From Octopus bimaculoides (lineage: Eukaryota): a stretch of DNA of 64,000 bases. The number at the start of each line of letters is the position of its first letter. The first letter of the stretch is position 1. The stretch spans positions 77,276,290 through 77,340,289 of the forward strand of contig NC_068984.1 in assembly GCF_001194135.2 (NCBI RefSeq), given 5' to 3'. The notes under the pieces were generated by a model, which saw only the letters and a list, made by a program, of their open reading frames with translations, did not search any database and was not told the origin of the DNA. The position numbers were made by a program, and so were the translations under genes. This document shows positions 26,285 through 39,472 of this stretch, one piece after another.

Positions 26285-26649
26285 ATACATACAAACATAC
26301 ATACATGCATACATACATACATACATATATACGTACATAATATGTGTGAGTGTACGCAAGTATATATGCATAAATATACCCACGCAACTATATGCATAGT
26401 TAAATGTGGTTGTGTCATAACAAGATTGCTTGTCAATCATTGTCTCGAGTTCAGTTCTAAAGTGCGGCAACTTGGCCGACCAAAGTCTCGTGAGTTGATT
26501 TGGGAGTCGGAAACGAAAAGGATGTCATACATGTGTGTGTATGTGTATGTGTGTGTGTATGTGTGTGTGTGTATGTGTGTGTATGTGTATGTGTGTGCGT
26601 ATAGGAAGTATCTGTGCTTATATGTTTCTTTGTGTATTTATTTGTCCCC

Positions 26650-26830
26650 CATAAACAATTGACGACCGGTGTTAGTTTGTTTATGCACCCGTTATCTTGC
26701 GGTTCGGAAAAGTAAAAGCGATAGAATGAGAACTAAGCTTTAAAAGAAAATAAATACTGGGATCGATTTGTCCGACTATAACTTTCGAGGCTGTGCCTCA
26801 GCATGGTCGCAAGAAATAAATGATAAAAGA
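26650..26830 (-). mobile_element. SINE-like repeat (family A)
   Basis: tttgtcccc..gaccggtgttagtttgtttatg..gcggttcggaaaagtaaaagcgatagaatgagaact..cagcatgg is the reverse complement of 38950-39100 and 55835-56035. Confidence 0.7.
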
Positions 26831-26982
26831 TAGGACTAAAGACGTATGCATAGACGCGAGCGCGCGACACACATACGTACATGTATATATAAACACACAC
26901 ACAGACAGACAGAGAGACAGACAGGCAGACAGACAGACAGACAGGCAGACAGACAGGCAGACAGACAAACAGACAGACAGAC

Positions 26983-27071
<89 letters not shown>

Positions 27072-27211
27072 TAGAGATAGATAGATCTTTCTGTGAATGT
27101 TATATGTAACTGTTTCTAACCAAGCCTTATATGATACAGTCAGCAAATGTGGAACGTAATTTGACAGGGATGAAGAAAGAAGCCAAAAACAACATAGAAT
27201 CACCAGCAATA

Positions 27212-27250
<39 letters not shown>

Positions 27251-27261
27251 AATGTATGTAC

Positions 27262-27297
<36 letters not shown>

Positions 27298-27645
27298 TTG
27301 CACATATATAGATGCACCCGAGAGAACATATAAATGAAACATCAGCCTGACGAACGAAATCTTTTTCGCTTGCTTATTTGTGTTTTTTGCATCAAGTATA
27401 TTCTCTGGAGTGATTTATGAGTGGATAATTAACAGTTGAGTATCAAAATATCATAATATATCATTTTTATCGCATATCGCACTTGCAGCTGATCTTTTTG
27501 TTTTTGTTTTTTTGTTTTTTCTATTCTTCTATCTGTTGTTTCTCATATCTTCCCTTTTTCGTTCCCTTTCCTCAATGCCACGGAGATCTCTTTTCTTCTA
27601 ATATGTTATTCCCCAAACTTTCATCTTCCTATAAATCCCTCATAC

Positions 27646-27646
<1 letters not shown>

Positions 27647-27705
<59 letters not shown>

Positions 27706-27708
27706 GTA

Positions 27709-27763
<55 letters not shown>

Positions 27764-27840
27764 TGATTATTATTATCATTATTATCATTATTATTGTTAT
27801 TATTATCATCATTATTATTACCGTTATTATTATTATTTTA
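27647..27840. repeat. Long (AAT)n/(ATT)n compound microsatellite that switches strand polarity mid-array
   Basis: An (AAT)n run to ~27762 is followed by attattatc-type units. Many other (TA)n, (CA)n, (GA)n, (GATA)n, (ATAC)n, (TAG)n and (GGT)n tracts occur throughout the window. Confidence 0.9.
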
Positions 27841-27966
27841 ATTTTCATCTAATATATAGTTTTCAATCCCATTTTCCTCTCTGATTTTATCTCTAACGTT
27901 CCATACCTCAATTTGTGCAAGAGTGTCCGTACGCGTGTATATATATGCGCGCGCGCTGTGTGTGCC

Positions 27967-28047
<81 letters not shown>

Positions 28048-29109
28048 TCAATGATCATTATTTCATTTTCAGTATTATTAGCTAAGAAAACTAAAGGCGT
28101 TATCCAAGGGCCTAGAGCTTGTATAACATATACTAATAAATATATATACATATATATATATTACACGCACACACACACATATATGTAATGCCTTCAAATT
28201 TTAAACTATTAATGCGAGTATGCGCATAAAATTTCAGTTATTTTTAAAGAGGAATTTCTCTTAAATATCTTTTTGTTTATTTACAGTCATAAAATTTTTT
28301 TTTCAAATATGTTAAACATGTTTACCTTCAAAGGCGCTCATTACGCAACATCAAATACTGCTCAATTTTTCTCTCAAACCTCTCTTCCATAAATTTTCGA
28401 AGCATTATTTTCTAATATCAAATGTCATGATATCCGTCAATTTGCTTCGCTTCATATCTAATTTTATATGTGTCTATTTTTACATATATGTACTTATATA
28501 ACTATATATATACGTATATGTGTGAGAAGTGAGCGTGTGCATGTGATTACGCGTGTGTGAGTGCGTGCTGTATTTGTGCGTGTGTTTGTGTGTGTGTTGT
28601 GTAATATTGTTAGATAATCACAATTTCCGAGTTCAAATCTCGTCCCGACGTTTTTCATGTTGATTTCTTGACACTTTTTACACCATTGCAAGCATTAGAA
28701 ACAACGCTGAAATTTAAACAGATAAGGTTCTGTGCTTCTCTGGCCCTTCTCAGAACTCGATGTATGAAGTCTAGCATAAAACTTCCACAATGAGTCATGA
28801 TTGGGGATGCCATGTCGAAAGCATATGTTGAACCACTTTGTGTCCTTAGCTTCACATCAATGCAGTAATCAACTAAAAGAAAGCAGTAAATTGGAGCGAT
28901 AGTATATTTGTTAGCGTATGTATAAATTAGAAACCATTATTTAGTATCTAGTCATTCAAGAATACAAATTTTACGTTCTTTATCTGATACCACCATCGAT
29001 ATTATCTGTCTTCAGTGGTATTGTTACTGCTGCTTTTGTCGTCATTGTTGCTGTTTTGTATGTTTTTGGTTGTTGTTTGTGATTTGCTATGAAAGTTTAA
29101 TAAGTTTTT

Positions 29110-29890
29110 GTCCCAAGAAAGGGTGTCTAATTGATTTTGGTCACAAGGGATGTAGCTTCAAAATTCTATTATTCCCAAGACAAGTGGAAACGCTTGCTTT
29201 TCTCCTCGGCTGGCTACTTTGTATGATAAGTTTCAAGTTATCCATAACATGTGTCCGACTCAGAAACCATAACAAACTGAATCACTTGTCAGTCAAATGG
29301 TATGTCAATTAGACAGGTAGAAATGCTAAAGATGCAACTTTGTTTCTTACATGTTTTGAGACCTGAAACTACACATCGTCGTTAATAAAATGGAAGATGT
29401 CGCTAATAAACTTGATCCTTAACAGCCAGAGGTCAAAACTGTATATCCATTTCCACTGCTTCAATTACTTTGTGCCATTCAGTTTGATTAAAACTTCTGG
29501 TTGTTAAACATTATTAAACAGTAATTATCAAGCACGTCGTTAAAGCTGTCATTTTGTAGAATTTATTAAAATAGAATTTAGTTGCCAAATTAATATACTA
29601 GGGTTTCTTCAAATTGAATGTATAATTATTATTTAACTGCAAATATTTAGTTCATAAAGTAAAATTTTTTGTATGAAATGAGATTAAATTAAAATTAACC
29701 ACTGAACTCTCGACGGTAAATAGCTCTATTTAAATCATTCCGCCTACAAGTGTATTCAAATTCTGAGAGCGCAATTCTACTTCAAATAAAAATACAAGGT
29801 AATTCCAGATTATTTCCATGTGTGAACTGCCGTACTGGAATTTACGTGCAAACTTAAAGTTCACATATCTCTTTCTGAATAAGACACCGG
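29110..29890 (-). mobile_element. Possible highly decayed MULE (Mutator-like) transposase remnant
   Basis: Minus-strand fragments in the expected order: NFKFARKFQY..HG..PCIF (compare DGTFKxxPxxFxQLYTIHG..PCVF), VRNKVASLAFLPV (compare LxALAFLP) and DN-ETY..RF..W..KIN (compare DYFExTYI..PxF..WN..PKTNN). Many stops and frameshifts. Confidence 0.45.
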
Positions 29891-32006
29891 TTTATTGCAG
29901 GTCATTTTATGTTCTTTCATTTTTTACAGCAACAAATTATGTACTTGACTTCTGTAGTATTTACTTAGAGATAAGTGGACTCGGTCGTTCAAAATAACAT
30001 GTCTTGTTTTCGAACACGTCGCAGGTTATGCATTTCCAATGTCACAACTGTTTGTAAGTTTGCATTAAAAGTCAGCTGTTTTAATACTCCATTCCAATGG
30101 AGAACCCAACAAATAACAAATGCACAGGTTCAATAAGGTTCTCTTGAACAAGACATTTTATTAACACGATTTCAAACCTATTTTACGATATGACACCTCA
30201 AATGCGTTGCTTATTTTCTTAGCAACATTGTAATTGTTTTATATTGTTTAGTTTTCTCTTCTGAAGAATATCCAAGCTAATGAGTTTGCTTGAATAAAAA
30301 GACATGAGACCGACTAAAGATTTATGCTGTAACATTCAACTTACTTTAATGGACTGTATTCCTAAAACTAAATATAATAAAGAAATATGCTGAGAGGAAT
30401 ACAAGCACAAATTAACGTTGCACTGGCAAAGGTCTACATATACATTATTTGAAGAAAGAAACGTTTCGTAGAAAACTAAAAGATAGTTTGAGTGAATTAT
30501 TTTTAGCTGTGTGTTTATGTGATTCTAGTTTGGATCCAACAGTGCAGCAAATTAAGCAGAGTTTTTTCTACCACAGCTTTGAGTCAAGTATTGTGAACGA
30601 AATTAATCAAATGAAAACTGCAGCATTTCGTCGCACTAAGAGTGCCTGTTTTCGAATGAGAGACTCTGATCGCCGTTCAGCGTAACCTTATTACGTTTAT
30701 CCTTGGCTGCCTTTGGCGAAGTCTTCTTTGCTGCAGGCATTATGACCTTGTACCTGGTGTGACGATATCCTATTATCTTAATATACTATAAAAGGTCATG
30801 GTAGCTGTCATTTCTCCTTTGAATAAGGCAAGAAGACATTTTAGTCACAAATCAAAAACAAAAAAATAAGTGGTGGAATGTTATAAATCGCAAATTTTCT
30901 GACTAAATGAAGCTTCTATCTTCTAATTAATATCAACTGTCAACTCTCTGCTTTGAATTCTAATCCATCCAGTAGTCCATTTTACTTTTAATCTTTCAGT
31001 TGTAGAAAATGTTGACATTGTACTTAGGTTTAATCAACTTACTGGCTTCGTACCAATGAGAGAAAGTATTAATCTGAAGTAGACGACGTATTTCATAAGA
31101 TTCCGTTGTGAATAACAGGTTGATTACTACAGTTAATGATATTATGGGGGAAAAAAAGGTATGGCATAAGAGAAGAAATTGAGCAGAGAGAGAATTCCAG
31201 AAAGATATAATAATGAGAAGAAAGAATAAAAAAAATTATTTTAGTTCAGAGAGACGAGAAGGAGGGGGCGTTCAGAGGAATGAAAGCATCATCGAGTTTA
31301 GGCTGAGATGTTTGCTATATAGTCAGTAAGTTCAACAAAACTGATAGCGTTATAATCGCGATAGACGAGGCAGTGTAAACAAAAGTCGGTAGTGAGCCAG
31401 ATGTGTTGATCAGTAAAAGATTGTTTATCAGGCGGGTGAAGGTTTATTCGTGTTTTTTCGCTTGCTTCGTATTTATTTATATATTTATTTTGTCTGTATT
31501 GGAGTAAGCAACATAAAACAAATTTGTACGTATTTTGGGTGCAGAAATATAACTGGTTGTATCAAACTGACTGCTCTGGCAAAGAAAAGAAAATTATGCC
31601 AAGAAAGTGTTACGATTTTAAATCGAAATTATTGATCAACGATTAAAATTCCGTTTCCCGTTATTCCACCACCCACTTTCCATAGCCTGGATGGGATTTC
31701 ACCTGGTGGTACTGTTGCTTTTGTTTTCGGTCTTTAGCTCCCCAATCTCTCAAAGTCAGCCTTTATTGAGCACACCTATAATGAAACGGGTTCCAGCTAT
31801 GACCATCCCATTATTTTCGTACATTTGCAACTATATTGTCTGACGTCAACGTGTTATTTTTATTTTCGAGATGATAAGATTATATTTGATGGAGATTTAG
31901 TTGATATTTCTTGCAGGTTGAGAAACCACTTAGAGGATCCTGGAGTTACATCTTAGTAAAAATGACTTTCAATAGGAATTTTCGCCCCAAATTAGTTATT
32001 TCTAGA

Positions 32007-32058
<52 letters not shown>

Positions 32059-32601
32059 AGCTGTTGTTGTTGTTGTTGTTGTTGTTGTTGTGGTGGTGGT
32101 GGTGGTGGTGGTGGTGGTGATGGTGTTATGGTGTGGGTGGAGTTGATGGAGATGTAGTAATAGTGGAGTAGTAATTGTTGTCGTCGTCGTCGTGCTATTA
32201 ATTACTTCTGGATCAACTCTTATGGCATAATCTATGAACAGACATTCTAGCTGAGGGTGGGGGAGGATCTTCAGGCCTTATAGTTTAGGAATGATATATC
32301 CAGAACTGCATTGCCTGTTGTATCCTTTCTTTTTGAAAATGTCAGTATGACATTAGGGAGATTTAGCTACTGTTTCTAGCAAATGGTGAGATCACATAGA
32401 GAATCCCTAGTTTAAGTTACATTCATAATGTGGCGCAGCATATTCCTGTTGGAGAGTACAATTATCTTTAGAACAATTTTGTAAGAAACGAATACTTTGT
32501 CTTTGTTGCAGATATAACCACCAGACATCTGTGGTGGATATCGCTGATGTTGACGAAATCAATATTTTTTCTTCATAGTAGTAGTAGTAGTAGTAGTAGT
32601 A

Positions 32602-32815
32602 CGAGGGAGTGCCGAAAAGTTCCTGACTTTAGGTAAAAGAAAATACAGGAGGATCAAGTAATTATGATTTTATTCAACATATTCTCCTCTCAGATTTACA
32701 CACATATTGCAGTGGTCCGTCAGTTTTTCTAAGCCCTGTAAAAGAAAACGGAAGGTTGGGCCTCCAGCCAGGCCTTTCACGACACCCTTAAAATCAGGAA
32801 CTTTTAAGCACTCTC

Positions 32816-32818
<3 letters not shown>
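32602..32818. mobile_element. Mariner-type MITE (217 bp) inserted at a TA within (TAG)n
   Basis: TIRs TA|cgagggagtgccgaaaagttcctgacttta and (reverse complement) TA|ctagagagtgcttaaaagttcctgatttta. Confidence 0.85.
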
Positions 32819-32852
<34 letters not shown>

Positions 32853-33768
32853 CGTAGTAGTAGTCGTAGTAGTAGTGTGGGGGAATGCGCTGCAACAGCG
32901 CGTTGCCGCATTCCCCATTTGTTGGTGATTTCCAACTACTCCTGATGCCTTTGCATCAATCACTTAGGTGACAACCCTCCAAACCATGGGTTGTCGTTGC
33001 TGGTGAAGGTTTTACAAAGTCGAAGTGCAAATCTTATCTCAACTTCATTTAGTTGCCTTTTACGGTTTGCTGAGGAAACGTTCGGTCTATTCTTTGACAT
33101 TCCAGTCTCCTTACAGTACTAGAGTAACTGGAAATGAAGTGTTTTGCATAAGAACATAACACAGAGTAATTATTATTTATTAATCAGACTTTGAATAATC
33201 GCTTCGTTAAATATATTGACATTAGCTTAACTGCTCTTTTTCACATAGTTTCTCTGAGTAATTCGTTCTCTAAAAATATAGAACTTACCCACGCCAGCTG
33301 GTGTACTGTATTCAACATCTGCGCAGTCAGTCTGTTATCACTACTTGAGACAAATGCGGTAGTTTCTATACTTCGCTGAAATTTGTCCTAAGTAGTTCCC
33401 CATGAGTAGACAAAATAATTAAAGTAATATCAGCCTTTGACTAATATTGTGTTTTCCTTATACTATTATAATTTCTAACTCTGTCTTAAGAATTGATTGC
33501 ATTATTACATAAAAACAGTTATAGCTTCTAGCAAACCCCATTCGCGATCCTGTTTTTAATCCGCACTTGTAACTATGTTATTACACCTCATTTTAACACA
33601 TATACTTTACTTATACAATCATCTTTTGATTATTGGCCAACGGGTTAAATATTGGCTCACTGAATTTACGTCGCTACGAAACGAACTACTTAGCCATATC
33701 AACAGAAATGCAAGTAATTCAGTTCTTAAATTTCACCAACAAAATGTAAAACATTGAAATGTGATTTT

Positions 33769-33805
<37 letters not shown>

Positions 33806-34199
33806 ATATATATATATCTATATATATATATCTATNNNNNNNNNNNNNNNNNNNNNNNNNNNNNNNNNNNNNNNNNNNNNNNNNNNNNNNNNNNNNNNNN
33901 NNNNNNNNNNNNNNNNNNNNNNNNNNNNNNNNNNNNNNNNNNNNNNNNNNNNNNNNNNNNNNNNNNNNNNNNNNNNNNNNNNNNNNNNNNNNNNNNNNNN
34001 NNNNNNNNNNNNNNNNNNNNNNNNNNNNNNNNNNNNNNNNNNNNNNNNNNNNNNNNNNNNNNNNNNNNNNNNNNNNNNNNNNNNNNNNNNNNNNNNNNNN
34101 NNNNNNNNNNNNNNNNNNNNNNNNNNNNNNNNNNNNNNNNNNNNNNNNNNNNNNNNNNNNNNNNNNNNNNNNNNNNNNNNNNNNNNNNNNNNNNNNNTT

Positions 34200-34510
34200 G
34201 TGAGTGTTTATTGAGCGAAAATACCTAAAGCTCCACGAGACTCCGGCAGGGGATAGTGGCGAACCCTGCTGTACTCTTTCACCATAACTTTCTCTCACTC
34301 TTTCTTCCTGTTTCTGTTGTACCTGTATTTCAAAGAGGCCAGCCTTATCACACTGTGTCACACTGAATATCCCCGAGAGCTACGTTAAGGGTACACGTGT
34401 CTGTGGAGTGCTCAGCCACTTGCACGTTAATTTCACGAGCAGGCTGTTCCGTTGATCGGATCAACTGGAACCCTCGACGTCGTAAGCGACGGAGTGCCAA
34501 CAACAACAGT
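34200..34510 (+). mobile_element. Probable 3' end of a non-LTR retroelement with terminal hairpin and (CAA)n tail
   Basis: GC-richer block ending in hairpin cgtcg-taag-cgacg then ccaacaacaacag. There is a single copy here and no coding motif was recognised. Confidence 0.35.
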
Positions 34511-36956
34511 AAAACAATGTTGGGGAACGAAGACAGAAAAATAAAGAAGAAAACAAGAAAAGGGTGGAACAGGAAAAGAAAAAAGGGTAGTGAGAAATGC
34601 ATGTAATAATCTAATAAACAAATAAAGAATAAAGATAGATAAATAAGATGATAAATTTTAAAATGTTCGAATCACGAATTAATCCTTAAACGTTAAAGTT
34701 GAAGTTTACACTTTCAGCTTCAAGAGTCACGAAACATCCATGAAACATGACTACATTTTGTCAAATTGTCACATTTTATTAATAAAGAAATATGATTGCA
34801 TTGTATGTGTAATACGAGTGTAAACAGTCCAACGATCAACGATCAAACATTATCTTCTTAGTAAACAAAAAAAAAACACATTTAACAAAAATGATATTTG
34901 TTACAATATACGAATCATGATACCCAAAAATCTCAAATGAAAAGGAGCAAAAAATCTAAATAATAAATAAATAAAATTGTGTACTGTGCAGATCTAGAAA
35001 TAATATTTAGGTAAGATACACATTTCAGTTTCTCTAGTTACGAATTATTTATCATAGTTGATATTTCAAAATAAAACAGACTTAAATATATAATAAAGTG
35101 ACAGATTGTAATAAGTAAATATTAAACAAACTCTTCTTCGTGCAAACAAAGCAGTCAAAAGTTAGCATGTCACTATAATATAACGTTGTCATGACGCAAG
35201 TAGAATTTATTAAAACGTTTTGATCCTTGTACAAAAAAATAAACTGGCATTCATATTTGTTAACCACTTAGCTGTCCAAAGCATTTTCATAAGTTTGTTC
35301 TAAATGTCCATGCTTGTATTCAGACTTTTAGTTAGCCCTTGTTTCATACGTTCTGAATAATATAAAGTTTTCCTCTATAAGCCCCTAGTTATTCTGGCAG
35401 ATGAAAAATTGGGAATGTGTATCATGCATAGGCGCCAGGTCGTTCGAAGTATTTCCGCCAGACTATAATTTTTTTAAGAAAAAAACAAAAAAAGTAACAT
35501 TATCATATTATCATATTGTGTAAACTTTCATAATGATTATTACACGTGTAGCCTAGAATACCCTAACCAGAAGGTTAGCCAAAGAATTTTAAAATGTAAA
35601 TTTATTGCAGTTTTCCTTGTCATTTGTGTTTGACGATTCATGGCCCTTGAACTTGTAAATGTAAACTCTTTTAACGTTTAGCAGGTACTTTAAAGGAATT
35701 TTTTTAACTTATTTACATAATTTATCAAATGCATTATTGCATACATTCGTTAAACTTAGATTTTAATCTTTCATCTTTCTTTTTATATTTTAGGATCTTT
35801 TATTTCATTTTAGTTATATTTCTTTACTAAGTCACTTGTCAATTTAAAATTTTTTAATACTATGTTATCCTTGCCCATTGATCCTTTATGATAGGCAATA
35901 TTTTAAATATAAATTGTGTTATTCCACAAGAAATCAAAAGATTGACACCTAAGTTGAATATCTCCAGGTTACATTGTACTGAATTTCATTTACATCATAG
36001 TGTTATATTTATGTACTGAGTGCTACAAACTACAACGCTTTGTGGTACAATTTCAAATTGATACAAAGAAGTTATATACACACACTCACACACACAATCA
36101 CTTAAATTAACCCATATGTATTCTATGTGTATATATATATATATGCGAGTGTATATATATATATATATGTATATATGTGTTTTTATATTATTAATAAATT
36201 CATAAACTTATCAATAATATACTCAGGAAATCAATATTCAATATTTCGAAAGATATATATCCAATATGACATGGTAATATAATAAATTTAAAATTTAAAA
36301 TATAAATATACGAAATATAAATATAAATATGTATAAAAATATGAATGTAGATAAATATACGTGTGAATATAAATGCGTATAAANNNNNNNNNNNNNNNNN
36401 NNNNNNNNNNNNNNNNNNNNNNNNNNNNNNNNNNNNNNNNNNNNNNNNNNNNNNNNNNNNNNNNNNNNNNNNNNNNNNNNNNNNNNNNNNNNNNNNNNNN
36501 NNNNNNNNNNNNNNNNNNNNNNNNNNNNNNNNNNNNNNNNNNNNNNNNNNNNNNNNNNNNNNNNNNNNNNNNNNNNNNNNNNNNNNNNNNNNNNNNNNNN
36601 NNNNNNNNNNNNNNNNNNNNNNNNNNNNNNNNNNNNNNNNNNNNNNNNNNNNNNNNNNNNNNNNNNNNNNNNNNNNNNNNNNNNNNNNNNNNNNNNNNNN
36701 NNNNNNNNNNNNNNNNNNNNNNNNNNNNNNNNNNNNNNNNNNNNNNNNNNNNNNNNNNNNNNNNNNNNNNNNNNNNNNNNNNNNNNNNNNNNNNNNNNNN
36801 NNNNNNNNNNNNNNNNNNNNNNNNNNNNNNNNNNNNNNNNNNNNNNNNNNNNNNNNNNNNNNNNNNNNNNNNNNNNNNNNNNNNNNNNNNNNNNNNNNNN
36901 NNNNNNNNNNNNNNNNNNNNNNNNNNNNNNNNNNNNNNNNNNNNNNNNNNNNNNNN

Positions 36957-37000
<44 letters not shown>

Positions 37001-37299
37001 CTAGATGAGGTTGATACATTATTCCACCTTATTTTCCTCCGGATTGATGTTAATGTATCCATCGAAGCATTTATGTCGGTGATATAAATGATATAAATAA
37101 CATCTTGTATGTTTGTCTCCATTTTATATTTTCGGTATATATACGCATACCTTTACTTTTCTATTACTCTCTCTCAAGAAGTCAGCTTCTCTATCTATAT
37201 ACTTGTTTAGTTAGCTATCTCTTCTTTCTTTCCAGCTTTCCTCATTGTCTCTTTGAAGTAGTTTCCTTGCATTTCCGCCTATAAAAGAAATCATATGAA

Positions 37300-37570
37300 T
37301 CCGTTATTTCTTAAACCGAAAATCTTATTGTTATAATATTTTAAAATCTATATGACCCGAGAGGTTGCTGATTCTCTTTCATTTAAACTTTAAACTGCTT
37401 AAGTAGAGAGAATTCCAGCTTCATAGAAGCATACGATAACTTGACGACATGTAGTGCCGTATATCGCTATATCTCGGATATCATTACATGCAATAAATTT
37501 CTTATATCAAAGCAGATTCTGTGTTAGACTAGTTTTACTTTATTGAAGTACAGAAAATTTACTATTCACA
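37300..37570 (+). repeat. Interspersed repeat, three copies in window (also ~39790-40040 and ~50750-50970)
   Basis: Shared core gaatctctttca.ttaaacttt..aa..(c/t)..agtaga.aga.a....cag.t.c..a...a....gca.t(t)aattt..catatcaaag. Confidence 0.8.
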
Positions 37571-37859
37571 TAAAATCACGTTTCACATCTATATGTTAAT
37601 CATACACAAATAATGATACACAGACTAAGTAACCTATATGTAATAACGCGAACGTTATTTAATTATTTAATAGTAGTGGTACCTGTCATTGCCCGGGTAC
37701 CGAATTTTTCGAGAGTTTATTTTTTTCTTTCTTTAAACTTAATTTACATAACTTGCAGCGAGTTTAGTCTGTAACATACCGATTAATGAACATACACTTA
37801 CAATCTGTTGACAAACACAGAAGCATACATATATCGAAAACTACTCTCTCTCTTTTATT

Positions 37860-38022
37860 TGCTCTCTTTAGTTATTTCTGTGTTCCTTTCCATTAAAGAG
37901 CGTAGGCTCGAAACGTAAAAGACTTTCTCACTTCCAGAGTGTTAAACTAATACATTTGTTTGTTGTTTACACACCTGTCTTCGTCTTTTGTTTTGTTTGT
38001 TGTTTTGTAAATTCCAACTATA
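37860..38022 (+). mobile_element. Repeat with hammerhead-like topology, probable PLE terminus (homologue at 63265-63422)
   Basis: ttctgtgttcctttc..gagc(g/a)taggctcgaaacgt.aaagact..ctaata.at...tttgttgtttac...acctgtcttc.tct is present at both loci. Confidence 0.65.
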
Positions 38023-38272
38023 TATATANNNNNNNNNNNNNNNNNNNNNNNNNNNNNNNNNNNNNNNNNNNNNNNNNNNNNNNNNNNNNNNNNNNNNNNN
38101 NNNNNNNNNNNNNNNNNNNNNNNNNNNNNNNNNNNNNNNNNNNNNNNNNNNNNNNNNNNNNNNNNNNNNNNNNNNNNNNNNNNNNNNNNNNNNNNNNNNN
38201 NNNNNNNNNNNNNNNNNNNNNNNNNNNNNNNNNNNNNNNNNNNNNNNNNNNNNNNNNNNNNNNNNNNNNNNN

Positions 38273-38347
<75 letters not shown>

Positions 38348-38949
38348 GTATATATATATATATGTACATATCATATATGATATATAAGAAACTAACACTT
38401 TTGTATAGACATATACAACCACATAAAACGTGTATAGATGAATTATAAGCCTATACATAAATTAATACGTGCTGGAATATGTTAATGCATGTGCATAATG
38501 TATAAATATTAAAGTACACAAACACCCGCATACAGATCAGTTTATACACACATGTGCATGCATAAATATACTCACATGTGTCTACATGAATTTATACTCA
38601 TATACATATATACACTGGGATGCTAGTGGGGAAACGGACATAAGGTATGTTACCTGATGTTCATGGTGATTTCACACGGCACAGTTTAAGATTTTTTATT
38701 CTGGAAAGAGTGGAAATGATAGCATGTTACATCTTAGAGTGGCTAAGAGACAGAGTGATGGTAGTGGTTTATGAATAAGAGATATATTTGCCAAAAGAAT
38801 CCGTCCACTAGCTATACATTTATGTATATTCACACATATGCATGCACACACATATATATATACATATAACAATTCGGTCTTAGTAGACGCATTACTTGTG
38901 ATCTTCTTGTAGCACATTAACAGTCCACTTAGTGATCTCCTTTATATAT

Positions 38950-39100
38950 ATATACTCTCTTTACTCTCTTTTACTTGTTTCAGTCATTTGACTGTGGCCA
39001 TGCTGGAGCACTGTCTTTAGTCGAGCAAATCGACCCCAGGACTTATTCTTTGTAAGCCTAGTACTTATTCTATCGGTGTTTTTTGCCGAACCGGTAAGTT
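38950..39100 (+). mobile_element. SINE-like repeat (family A)
   Basis: ttacttgtttcagtcatttgactgtggccatgctggagcac..tagtcgagcaaatcgaccccaggacttattctttgtaagcctagtacttattctatcgg. Confidence 0.8.
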
Positions 39101-39172
39101 CCATCATAAAACACATTGAATAGTGTTCTTTTGGGTTCGAATATGCCTCTAGCATATTTGAACTGGTAATAA

Positions 39173-39203
<31 letters not shown>

Positions 39204-39271
39204 CGTATGTAACATATATGCATATATTTATGTATTAATATATATATGTGTGTGTGTGTGTTAAGTGTATC

Positions 39272-39472
39272 AATGTTTATATTTATATTCAGTAGTAATT
39301 AAAACATTTTTACATTAATCTGATGGGTATTCTATACTTTTTTAGAGTACAAGTTTATCATTCTTATGCAAATCTATTGTGGACAGTGACTTCGAAGTTC
39401 CGGCCAACTAAACTGATGATGGCTTAGCTGGTCGAAACATCGAAGTCACTGTTAACATTCTTATATAAGAAT
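39272..39472 (+). mobile_element. Fold-back element with hammerhead-like core (copy 1)
   Basis: Hairpin acagtgacttcga..tcgaagtcactgt (39383-39452) overlapping CTGATGA-T-GGC-ttagctg-GTC-GAAAC-atcgaa-GTC (39413-39447). The left flank is homologous to 45508-45600. Confidence 0.7.
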
